This document shows, piece by piece, positions 25,571 to 38,152 of a stretch of DNA of 64,000 bases. The notes beneath the pieces were generated by a model, which worked only from the letters and a program-made list of their open reading frames with translations, did not search any database and had not been told where the DNA came from. Position numbers and translations under genes: made by a program. How positions within the stretch are numbered: the stretch's first letter is position 1; every line of letters begins with the position of its first letter. The DNA comes from Eledone cirrhosa (lineage: Eukaryota): the NCBI GenBank assembly GCA_964016885.1, contig OZ024742.1, positions 325,562,001 through 325,626,000 on the forward strand. The letters run 5' to 3'.

Positions 25571-25577
<7 letters not shown>
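24542..25577 (+). repeat. Inverted copy of the PLE 3' UTR (about 19770-20809)
   Basis: Reverse complement matches over about 1 kb, with few differences (mostly microsatellite or homopolymer length). Confidence 0.92.
25465..25502 (+). ncRNA. Second identical copy of the variant hammerhead ribozyme, in the inverted segment
   Basis: ccttttgaaaagcagaagaactgcgaaaccggtaaagg, read directly on the + strand. Confidence 0.7.
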
Positions 25578-25666
<89 letters not shown>

Positions 25667-26734
25667 GTATATATGTATATATATATATAGCGAGTTAGAA
25701 ACTCAGAGTAGTCCCTTAGAATTAAATAGCTCTAAGACAAAGGCCTTTCCGAGCCGTGTAATATAAATGAATAAACAAGAGAGATCAACACTAATATAAA
25801 CATATGTGTTGTAAGGACTAGATTTGCTTGGGTGAAAAAATACTTTGTCAGACATAATTTTAAGTAGTAAATTAAGAAAAATAACATACCTATAATGGGC
25901 AAAATGGTGTGTTTGTGTGTGTGTGTGTGTGTGTGTATGTATATGCGTGTGTGATGTATATATATTCATAAATATACACGCTAGATATGATACACTATAT
26001 TTACTACAATTAAGTAATATATAATTTTTCTCTATATATCAGAATATATCAGAATAAACAACCACGAATATCATATATCTATGTTGACGGACATCAACTT
26101 AGTTAAAAGTTGATTATAGAGAGATAACATTTTTCTTCAGAATTTTGTAATAATAATATTTAACATAGTATAAATGTTGATATCGTTTCTATTCGTATCA
26201 GCGCTTAACCTCACATTAGACCTGAAGTAACAGGTTTTATAAGGAAAACAGTGACATAGATGGAGACATTCACAAAGGCGTGTCATTTTCCTACAATTCA
26301 ATTTTTCACGGGGAGGATTTTTAAAGCATGCAACTCCTGCTTCCATTTCCATCAGTGAGCCAAAGTAATTCTAATCTTCACGATTCCATATTAATTTGAA
26401 TTTGTTTATATTATTTAATATGTTGAGCCATTTTTTGCAAATCCATCTACATTGGTAATCACTTGTTGGATCCTCTCCCTTGTGAACTTCATCCTGTACG
26501 TGTGCGGCTCTCTTTTTGGCATATCAATGTTGATGTATGTAGATATGTCAAATCATATGATGAGAGACGTTGCTTATTAGCTCCCTAGCATCTACAACCA
26601 AATTTATGTTGATCAGTCACATAGAGGTGATAAATTTACAATGACAAACAACTGAAACATTGTGATTGTTAGATGCTAGATGAATATGTAATTGTCTCCA
26701 CCATAAATGATTCAATTTCATGTTGATGATATTA

Positions 26735-26774
<40 letters not shown>

Positions 26775-26785
26775 CTATTTCTACC

Positions 26786-26868
<83 letters not shown>

Positions 26869-26895
26869 GGGGAGAGAAAAATATGTATTTGTGTA

Positions 26896-26941
<46 letters not shown>

Positions 26942-26976
26942 ACTCACACACATGTACATGTATGTACACAGATACA

Positions 26977-27072
<96 letters not shown>

Positions 27073-28179
27073 CACACACACATATATATGTATGTACACA
27101 GATACATATATATATATTTATGTATATATATATGTGTGCGTGCGTGTGTACTTGCGTGTGTGTTAATAGACTTTTTCTTTATGCCTATGATTGTATGTGT
27201 ATGAAGCACAAGCGAAAAGTGTAACTAATATACATAAATAAGTCGACTTCCTAGTCATAGAAACATTTTAATCTAAACGACACAGGCAATAGTGACAGAT
27301 ATAGAGATTTAATTAAATCTATATACAATTAATAATGCAAAACAATTCTCACGGAATTATCAACTACTTCTTCCCTCTTGCTAGACAGTCTAAATTAATT
27401 ATTTAATAAATCGTTTCATTGAAGTGTTTGATTTATCAATCCAAATTCATTAAGTTGCTACGTCAAGACTTTTACCTGGCATACATTCACACAGACACAC
27501 ATATACAAAAATACATACATGCACACTCGCATCCACGCATACACACACACATGTACACCTACACACGCACACCACCACCTACCACCCTTCCCGCTCGGAC
27601 CCGCAATTTCCTTCTCCCCTCTCCCTCCCCCTCTATACACCCACCCGCCACCACCTCTACGCGCCTCACACACTTTCACCACTTGTTGTAGACTTATTGT
27701 CCCACTCATATGTTATTTTAATTTTAATTTTTTTCCTTCCATTTTAATTTTTTTCTTGTTATATTAATGTTTTTCCACCACTCCTCCTCGCGCCCTCTTC
27801 GAACTCCTGTCCTTCCCAACTTTCTCCTAATGAAAGGCTTATGCCCGAAACGTCGTCTCCCGCCCCCCACTCTCAAGCGTGCACCTACTACCTAACGACC
27901 TTTCGTAATTGTACTCCTTGTTGTTATTTACTTTTATATATGCATGTATGGTCTGTTGGGGAGCCGTATTGGCGTAGACCATTTCAAGGCCACTTCCTAA
28001 AATTGCCGGAGCCAAACACGTTTCCAGGACTGAGTACAGTAGATGTTTTCCAGTGAAGGGCAGAGAGAGAACGAATAGAATTGTGAAAGAAATATAGAGG
28101 AAGAATCGAACCCAATACTTTTTTATCAAGTTGATTTCAGTGGTATTTGAACGCATTATATGGATTATGATTATTATTA

Positions 28180-28870
28180 TACCTTTCTGTCAGATGATTG
28201 AACTTTTGAAAGTATCTACTTTGCTTATGCTTATTAACGGCTGAGCAGCCTAATTTGCATATCGAGTGTATTAATCGGCCGGGCGTACCGAAAACGATAA
28301 ATGGAAAAGAAAAACAAACCGAACATTATAATAAATGTTCGGTAAACCCATACGTATATATGTGTATGCATGTATGTATGTATATATACATACTACTGTA
28401 CGTCTGTACACATATATGTATGTACGTATACATACTTATATTTAGATATCAGCCGTACTAAGAGTGAGAAATGAAATTTCATTTTATTCTTTTCCATTTA
28501 TCGTTTTCGGTACGCCCGGTCGATTAACTCACTCGATATGCAAATTAGGCTGCTCAGCCGTTAATATGCATAAGGAAAGTATATACTTTCAAACATTCAA
28601 TCATCTGACAGAAAGGTATACGATGCTGACGATAGCTAATAAGCTTGAAACTAGTACATTGTTCCTGTGTCTGTGTTGAACAAAAGGGCGACGATGGTTG
28701 CCGACCACTGTACGGCGTAATTCGGGCTGTATATTTACAAACAGCCCGAACATTATAATAAATGTTCGGTAAACCCATACGTACATATATATATATGTGT
28801 GCATGTATGTATATATATACATACTACTGTACGTCTGTACAGATATATGTATTACGTATACATACTTATA
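28180..28870. repeat. Tandem/inverted array of a dispersed repeat unit
   Basis: Unit with gaaagtatatactttc and ttgcatatcgagt occurs in both orientations; same family at 43890-44985. Confidence 0.8.
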
Positions 28871-30235
28871 TCTACCAATATTACAATCAATAAAGTGGAA
28901 TATTGTGCTGGTATCTGTTTATCCCATGTATTACGCCACTTCTGGGTTGTTATATAATTGCAAGAACTAATTTTTGTTTAAATCCACGCATTTACCACGT
29001 GTACCGTTTCGTTTCTCCTATAATTTGATAACGTATCGGATAATTCAACATAGAACAGGAAAAAAATGTCTTGATTTATTAAAGCTCCCATTTACAAATC
29101 GAAGCGAATATCATTCCAGAACCTCATCCATTTTATTATTACAAAAAAAATAAAATAAAAAATAAAACTATTTAATTTGAATTGTCCAGAGAATTGTATG
29201 AGGAAATTTGTCATTCGTTCTGTCTCTTTCTCGATTACATCAGTAGCAATGTTGTTAATACAATAGAAATATACACACCGAATGCTAACCTTAAAGTCTC
29301 GGATACAATTCTCTTTACATTTTGTATTACATTGCTCTCTAGTGAAGGTGCGTGGTTATGGTATTGTATGAACCCATAACTCCTGAGGAGTCATAGGGGC
29401 GCCACTTTGATATACCGCATTTCTTGGGCATTTTTTAAACCTGGAGGAGGCCATCTACTCTCCAGGTCTGAATACAGTATATTTCTTCCAGAGAAGGATA
29501 GAGAGAGTGAGAAAAAGGTATGAAAAAGTGATATAGAAGAAGAATCGACCCCAATATTTGACTGGTACTTTATTTATCGACTATGATTGGATTTAAGGCA
29601 AAGTTGACCTCGGTGGGATTTGAACTCAGAGAGCAGAGAGCCGAAATAAATACTACAAATCCAACGGTCTGACGACTCTGCCAATTGGCCGCATTAGTTG
29701 TTAGAGTATTGGAGTCTTAATCTTACGGTCGTGAGTTAGATTCCTGAACTGAGTGTACGTCGTGTCCATGAACAAGACATTTTATTCCACGTTTATCCAG
29801 TCTACTCAGCTAAACAACATCGTTGAAACGACGCTATTTCCAAGCTAAATCGGCCTCTGACTTCCTTTTTGATAACAGCTATGTCATGGAACGAGTAGAC
29901 CTTTATGCACAGATTATTCCCGCTCTTCAATAAACCATTTTGCCTAAGTGATTTCTCGGAGAATTATACCTATTGTCGGTCATTCCTGGTTGTAAAACCT
30001 ATCGCCAGTCCTGACCGAATGCAGTTCATTTCCTTTTGATTGCTTTGAACCCACAAACACGTGCCACATACTTGAACATTTTTAATATTACCATAGATAA
30101 TTACAGAACATATAATTATTCAATTATAAATATATCACGGAATATCTTCCATTGCTAGAAGACGTATTTATGTTTCTGTTGTAAAAAGAAATTACATTGA
30201 GTAAAAACGTATGTTTACTTTATATGTGTTATTAT

Positions 30236-30412
30236 TGGCAGTATCGGTAGAGGGTTGGACGCCATGCTTTCTAGCATAGTTACGTCCCTTTACAGTTTGA
30301 GTTCAAATCCCGCCGAGGTTAACTTTGCCTTTCATCCTTACGGGGTCGATAAAATAAAGTACCAGTAATGTACTGGGTAATTGCTGGCCTTGTGCCTAAA
30401 GTAGAAACAATT
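30236..30412 (+). mobile_element. tRNA-derived SINE (same family)
   Basis: A and B boxes plus conserved core. Confidence 0.85.
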
Positions 30413-31105
30413 ATTAAATATTAGAAGAATGTTGGATCACAAATTGTAGGGAATTACTAATAAGTAAAGAATAAAAGACACTTATGATGCATTCTTCGCA
30501 TATATGATGATGTATTCTTCGCATATATGATAGTAATAAACTGTTTTCATAATTAATAATTTTAAAACAAATCAATGGTATATATAGTCAAAAGTTAGAT
30601 TACATTAGCTAGTGAATTTCAAGAAATTTGATATATATTGCTTATGAAATTATCGATCTTATGATAACTTTATATTAACACGAGTTGAATTGTCAAGTGC
30701 CAGACAGAAAAATCAAATTAGGCAAAAGATTAATAACATACTCTATACTAAATTTATATGAAGGTTATATTAAATTTATATGAATTCCATCTGAACGAGG
30801 CCGTATTTAAGTTTTGATACCGTCTGTAATCTCAGCTCTTTACAAACTGAGTTCAAATCTCCACAAGGACAATGTTCCATCGAATGCAAAAATGGTGGTT
30901 AAATACATGCAAGTATTGAGCTGATTCTTATTGAATTACGTGTGATCTAGTATTATATGAATTGCTTTTGTGTATATGTAAGAAATGTGTAATAAATTGT
31001 ATAATTTTTCGGACTTTCTTTAATATATATAGCCTGAAAAAACGTGGTCTCCGAATGTAAAATACAAAACCAATTCATCAATTACGATAATGTACACACA
31101 CACAC

Positions 31106-31176
<71 letters not shown>

Positions 31177-31294
31177 ACACGCACACATTTCACACACAAA
31201 CACATTCCCAATCTTTTTACTATAGTAGATATTAATTTTGTGTAGCTCACTGAACCTCATCCACATAATATTTAAGATAATTATTTATCCTATT

Positions 31295-31622
31295 GTTGGC
31301 ACAAGGCCAGCAATTACCCAGTGCATTACTGGTACTTTATTTTATCGACCCCGTAAGGATGAAAGGCAAAGTTAACCGGTGGGATTTGAACTCAGATCAT
31401 AAAGGGACGTAACTCTATGATTCAAAGCATGGTGTCCGACTCTCTACCGATACTGCCAATCCACGGCCCTCAAAATATATAGTAATAATGGTTTCTTATA
31501 GTGGCACAAGGCCAAGATAATTATTTATCCTATTGTTGGCACAAGGCCAGCAATTACCCAGTGCATTACTGGTACTTTATTTTAACGACCCCACAAGGAT
31601 GAAAGGCAAAGTTAACCTCGGC
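31295..31622 (-). mobile_element. SINE copy plus a partial duplicate
   Basis: Reverse complement of the family core occurs twice. 31275-31377 is repeated at 31514-31618. Confidence 0.85.
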
Positions 31623-32149
31623 ATTTAAGATAAAGGTTATAAAATATAACTAAAAGGTTACTTGTTGTAATCTAAAGATATTCCCACTTTTTACACTGCA
31701 TCTAAACTTGATTTAAAGAACATATACACGTATAAACCATTATCATTTGAAAACCTAAACAAATTTTTTATATGAGTTAAGACGTTGAGTAGAATGCTTT
31801 ACGGTATTCGTAATTGCGCGCTCTGAGTTCAAAACCCACCGTGGTCATCTTTGCCTTCTATCATTTCAAGGCCGATGAAAAAAGTACCAGTTCAGTTCTG
31901 GGGTCAATTCTTCCTTCTTCAGACCTGGAGAGGTTTAAAAGTACCCTAGACATGTCATATGAGGGTGCCTCTACTACTTCACAAGGAATTATTGGATCTT
32001 TATCCTTATCCTTATATAAATGTATTAGTTTGAACCACTATTAGTTTGAACTATCGCCTCTAATATGTCAAAACTGTTTTTTAATATGCTAGCGAAAAAT
32101 TTCACTCCAACCCTCTGTTACTATACAATACTTAATAATATTTCTCTAC

Positions 32150-32760
32150 TACTCCTAATCTCGCCAAATATTTAATGTCTAACAATAATATGGAACTACC
32201 CCTGGGTCTCCTGTCGGCTGGTTTTGCCCGTAAAATGTGTCCAGCGCTTCTTTCCTGAGACATTGTAGGCCCATGCCCATATTATAGGAGCTGTTATTTC
32301 TCAATTTGGAGAAGTAGTAGCACTGACCATAAGTAAGGGTTGGCGCGAATACTGAATTGAAGATAGAAAGTTTGGCATTTACGGCTACCCACTTCTGATT
32401 ACCGAATGCTGCAGCTGACACATTACTGCACCAGCTCATCCAATGTTTGCACTTAATCAGCTTTCTACCTCGCATCACTCGATATCCCGGGTGGCTTGAA
32501 TTTCTCCACCTGCTTCAATGGAACGCCATTCACATGTAGAATGTACCGCACATGCTTCTTTGAGAGTACGAATGTCTCACTTTTCATAGCACTGATTTTC
32601 TTCCAGCCATGCAGTACTATTAAGTACATGACGGAATCAATCGCCTTCTGTCGAGTTAAGTAACCCCATATCGTCTGCAAAATCCAGCCGACTTATTTTA
32701 GACCCACTTGAAATAGCACTTCAAAGCCGGCTGCGCATGTCAATCCTGTTCCTGAAAATA
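32150..32760 (-). pseudogene. RTE-like RT fragment
   Basis: LKQVEKFK and AKLSIFNSVFAPTLTYG motifs, frameshifted. Confidence 0.65.
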
Positions 32761-32778
32761 TATGCTGTCACTATATGT

Positions 32779-32859
<81 letters not shown>

Positions 32860-32863
<4 letters not shown>

Positions 32864-33972
32864 TGAGAATAAACCTGCTGCGTGGTTGCTAATGGGTTAC
32901 ATATGAGTAAAGTTAGTCCTTCATCAGTGATCTTCCAACCATCATTGGTATTTCATCGCTTTAAAGACCATACACCTCAGGTTGGTGCGAGCAACGGCTA
33001 AAAAAAGTCGTTGGGACACGTAAATAAAGGGGACACGAGAGTGTAAACAAACAAAGATGGTGAAGCAACGAAAAGTGAGGAAGAAGGAGTCAAGTCCCAA
33101 ATTTCCATGAATATAAATTTGGTGAAATCGTGAACGAGAGAGAATAAAGACCATCAAACATGGATGGAATGTGAGCAAGGAAGGTATTCCGTACAGGTCT
33201 AACGGGAGGAAGAAGGGATCCAGTCTGTGAATTCGGTGAACGTAAGTTCTGTGAAATCGCAGACGAGAGACAGAACAAAAGCGACCTGCCTGACCAAGGG
33301 TGCGAAAGAAAAGAATTACGCACAGGTCAAACGGGAAGGAGGAGGAGGAGGAGGAGGAGGAGGAGGAGGAGAGGTAGTAACAGAGAATGAGAGAGTGAAG
33401 GGTGAGGAAGAGGCTAACAGAGAGTGTGACTGTTAGAGAGGGTAAAGATACAGAGAAAGAGGAAGCAGTAAGAACGAAATAGACGGGTCACAGAGGGGGA
33501 AAATATATGTGTAAATATGAGAATAAACGTGCTGCGTGGTTGCTAATGGGGTACATATTAATAACGTTAGTCCTTCATCAGTGATCTTCCAACCATCATT
33601 GGTATTTCATCGCTCTCTCGTCTACGATTTCACAGAACTTACGTTCACAGAATTCACAGAATAGATCCCTTCTTCCTCCCGTTAGACCTGTACGGAATTC
33701 CTTCCTTTCTCACATTCCAACCAGGTTTGATGGTCTTTATTTTCTCTCGTTCACGATATCACCGAATTTATATTCATGGAAATGTGGGACTTGACTCCTT
33801 CTTCCTCATTTTTCGTTGCTTCACCATCTTTGTTTGTTTACACTCTCGTGTCCCCTTTATTTACGTGTCCCAACGACTTTTTTTAGCCGTTGCGCGCACC
33901 AACCGGAGGTATATGGTCTTTAAAGCGATGAAATACCAATGATGGTTGGAAGATCACTGATGAAGGACTAAC

Positions 33973-33978
<6 letters not shown>
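32860..33978. repeat. Direct-plus-inverted composite repeat between (TA)n tracts
   Basis: 32860-32960 is repeated at 33514-33614. 33616-33978 is inverted relative to 32910-33268. A related copy lies at 14575-14900. Confidence 0.85.
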
Positions 33979-34018
<40 letters not shown>

Positions 34019-34041
34019 TGACTAACTTTATTCATATATAT

Positions 34042-34093
<52 letters not shown>

Positions 34094-34360
34094 TACACAC
34101 ACACATACATTCATATATATGTATATACATATATATATATATATACATATATATATAAATATATATATATATATTTATTAAAATAACAGAGTAAAGTTTA
34201 AACAAAAAAATCGCTGCTTCCACCATTAACGGGATCTTCTGAAACTCAGAATATCTTTCTGTTATTTTAATAAATATTTGCTCTACGGTTCTATTATATG
34301 TGATATATATTTATCCTTATCGAGCCCTCTTTGGATTTTAGTCTTCAAATGTATTATTAT

Positions 34361-34415
<55 letters not shown>

Positions 34416-37400
34416 TTTATATATACACATTAATAATTTTTTTAATTTCAAAAGATTACTTACAACTTGAAGTATCATATACCCAAATGGAATTTGCCTG
34501 ATATTGTTGGCATTAAACATTTTCAGTTTTCATAGTTTATCTTCAACTAAATTTGCAGTATATTTTCCATGGAATATTCCATTAGGCTATATGTATTCTT
34601 CAAAGAGGCTCTGTTTTTATTCTTAAAATAATACGTTTTCATGTTTTATAGTTTCTAAGTTTTCTTCTGATTAAAATACCATATTTTTTTATAGTTGGAC
34701 ATCGACTAAAACTGAATAATAACCAAGGTAGCCTCTCGGTGTACGTTCACATGAACATGTTAACCTCACAACCATGTCTAACGGTCAAAAATATGTTGCC
34801 AAAAGGAGAAATTGTCTTTATAGTTACCATAGCGATAAATTAATAATTATTGTATTATGAATGCTAAACATGATGGATTTCATCTAACCCTGACAAAACT
34901 CCCGGAGCTAAATACTAAAGGCGGTATTAATGCCTACATCTGTAAGGGCACAGGCGAACTCTGATTTTGTTGTTATAATATTATATTTTTTCTTGTGATG
35001 TATAAACATCTTAATTAAAACTAATTCAGACAGTTTGGATTTCAGTATTTTATTTTAATAAATATATTTACATATTCACAATGAATAAAATTTCAATATT
35101 TCGTATATTTAAATAACATTTTTTATAATATAGCCTTATTGGATTACTTTAAATTCAATGTAGCCTTCATATATAAAAGTTTAGTTACTCCATCTTGTCC
35201 GACTTCTTTATAATTTAGATGTACAGACCAATGATTTCATAGTACAATAACTACAGTATTAAGTATTTATTCTGCCTCCAATATTTTCCATATAAACAGA
35301 GTCAAACTTGTTATCACCTCGAACAATGTAATGTAAACTAAAATCGTCTGTAGACCGTTTATTAATGGTTGCAGATTATATGATTATCGGTGTAACCAGA
35401 AAGGAAAGATTATGCCGAAAACGTCAGCTGCTCAGCTCAGGTATCAATTCCCATATTCATAAGCCGCAATAATATTGGTTCTTTTGTTTACAATTTAACT
35501 CAACACATTTAGTATCAGAGCCTTCCCAATTCCTTTATCTCTCTCTACACATCAATTTCTTCTCTGTACAAGCAGATATTGCTGCATATATTTATCTCTG
35601 TGATAAGAAAAGATGGGTACAGATACAAAACGTGAAGCGCATAGAAAGTGCTATAGACATTGAATCAACGCCTGTAACTTACTTTGAAGACAATGGAAAT
35701 TTAAGATGGAAGTTCCCAAACCTTCAAAACGTTATAAAAAAAAGTTGTTATGACACTTGATATAAAATGGAAGAGATAAAGAGGTTTTTATTAAGGTGGA
35801 CTGGCAGTATCGGTAGAGCGTCAGGCATCATGATTTGATAAAATAAAGTAGCAGAAATGCACTGGCGAAATTACTGAACGTGTGCCTAAAGTTATAAACA
35901 ATTATTTAGTCAGGCAGTGTCCATGATATTTTCACCTCATCTCCTCCCGCTGAGATATCGAATGGGGAGAGAAAAGGTATTTTTCAACCGGAGACCCCGC
36001 CCGAGGCTTTTCACGAATTTAATCGAGCAATGGGTGCAGTGAACCATCAACATCTAAGACAGCCTCTATGCCATATATGTTTCTAATTTTCCGCTCTACT
36101 TTATATTCATTCGCATTCTTCCAGATTACAAATTATGTTTTATTTTCTATTGATTTGGTTAAGGGCCGGCTCTCCTATGTGGTACTTTTCAATCCGTGTT
36201 AATCCCTTAACAGCTTTAAAACTTGCTCACAATTTCAATGAAGTCGAATTCTGCAAAAAGTGTGTATAGAGAGTATTGAATATTTATCATATCAAATGTG
36301 ATATATTAGCCGTTAGTTCTATGGCTTCTATATCAGTTTGAATATACCGTTGTGGTTGGGTATGCCATAACAATAGATCTTTAAAATTACTTATATATAA
36401 AGATGTAATTTAATTTGATTTGGTTTTTGTTTCTATATATTCTTGACTGGTCGTGATGTGCATACATATTATCAAAGATGTTCAACGTATGAACAACTTC
36501 CTTTATGCATAAAAGATTATTTTGTCTAAAGTATGTTTGCATTATAAAGATAATCGTATATGAGCGGAATATAGCTGTTATAGATAATATGCCAATGAAC
36601 GACCGAGAAATTTTTTGCTTGCTCGAATGTATTTGGATTTACAAACACTTCAACACAGATTGCCTTTAGATCTAATCAAAAGAAATTAAGCTAAACGTAA
36701 ATAAATGTATTGTAAAAGGTTGTCACTAAATTTATGCTAATAAATGACTCAAAGAAAAGAGGAAAATCTATTTGTTTACCTTTACAGTTGTTAAGTAACA
36801 ATGGAGTAAATAGAACAAGATAAGATGCGGCGGAAAATGTGACGTCAATATGTATCATAATAGATTCAAATTATGAAACAACAACTACAGTAACAAGACT
36901 CCATTGATGAGTCGAAACTTTATCACACTTAAAGCTAAATTTATTGATAAACACTTGAGGAACCATAGCAAACGTGTATGACTGCTTTAGATTTTCCATA
37001 TTTAGAAGCATAATCTTCTCTCAGTCATTTTATGAAGACTTGTTCAATTAGTAATTATAGTTATATATAAGAATTCTGCTAGTAAAGAAATTCAGTATGC
37101 TGCTATGACAATATAATACAATTTTGTTTTAAGATAATTATGAAATCGAAATAGACTTCTATATATTGTAATAGTTATTTTAGTTTTGTTGTTGTAGCTG
37201 TTGTCGCTGTCCCACATTAGTTTGATAAATTTCAGAGTCAAGTGAAATTATTAAACATGTTTTACCAAAACAATACGAATAATTGTTCCAATGGTGACAC
37301 TCTTTGATTTTAATATCCTGTTACTAATGAATTACAAATGATCGATTTAATCAGTTGACACATCTCAATTTAAGAGTTTCTATGAGGGTGTGTGTGTGTG

Positions 37401-37949
37401 TGTGGGGGGGATACGTATTAACAGGGGCTGATTTGGAAATTTACGTTGACGCAGAATCTGCTAGAAATAGCAACAACATTTTCCTCACAAAATACACCTA
37501 ATCATTTTAAGAACGAATTTCAGATTGTCTGATACGACATAAATACACTGTATCTGAAAAGCGAAAACGCCTTTGATGATAAGTGACGATGTATTTATAT
37601 TACTCATATTATGATCGCGCGCTGTGTAGTGGATAGCATATGAGTCTATAATCGTAAGACCGTGGGCAGGAGCCACGGGTAACACTCATAAACTGTGTCC
37701 GTAAGGACGACACTTTTTCCGCATTACTCAGGTCGTCGTAACCGAAAACGATTACCATGTGGAACTATAAAATTAATCAAAGAAATGAATAACTCAAATA
37801 AATCCCGATGAAACTGTATCTAACAATCCTGGTATTGAAAAGTTCAGGCACCACTGTTCAAAGCTCAATAGAGGCCATAATTTAAAATAAGAAGACAGTA
37901 CTTCACTTATAGTATCTCTTATGAATGTGGAATAAGTTGATTTCTAGTA

Positions 37950-38152
37950 TATGCACAAGGCCAGTAATCTGGAAGAAGTTGAAAGTCGATTAAATTGACC
38001 CCAATACGTTACTGGTGCTTTATTTTATTTACCCCGTAAGGGTGAAAGGCAAAGTTAACCTCAGCAGGATTCGAACACGGAACGCAAAGGGTCGTAACTC
38101 TATGCTGAAAAGCATGGTGTCTGACACTCTACCGATACTGCCAATCCACCCC
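37950..38152 (-). mobile_element. SINE (same family)
   Basis: Reverse-complement core and ctctaccgatactgccaatccacc head. Confidence 0.8.

Larger units (their letters stand above)
19702..25577 (-). mobile_element. Near-intact Penelope-like retroelement (EN+, Neptune-like) with pseudo-LTR and 5' inverted segment, inserted in (TA)n
   Basis: Contains RT + GIY-YIG ORF. 24381-24542 is a direct copy of 19702-19863. 24542-25577 is a near-identical inverted copy of about 19770-20809. (TA)n tracts lie on both sides. Confidence 0.93.

Noticed and set aside
19702-25577. DNA transposon or DIRS-like element with 1-kb terminal inverted repeats
   Set aside because: No transposase or tyrosine recombinase. 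The direct-plus-inverted pLTR layout is typical of PLEs.
36905-36920. ttgatgagtcgaaac hammerhead-like word
   Set aside because: No room for stem II and no flanking stems.
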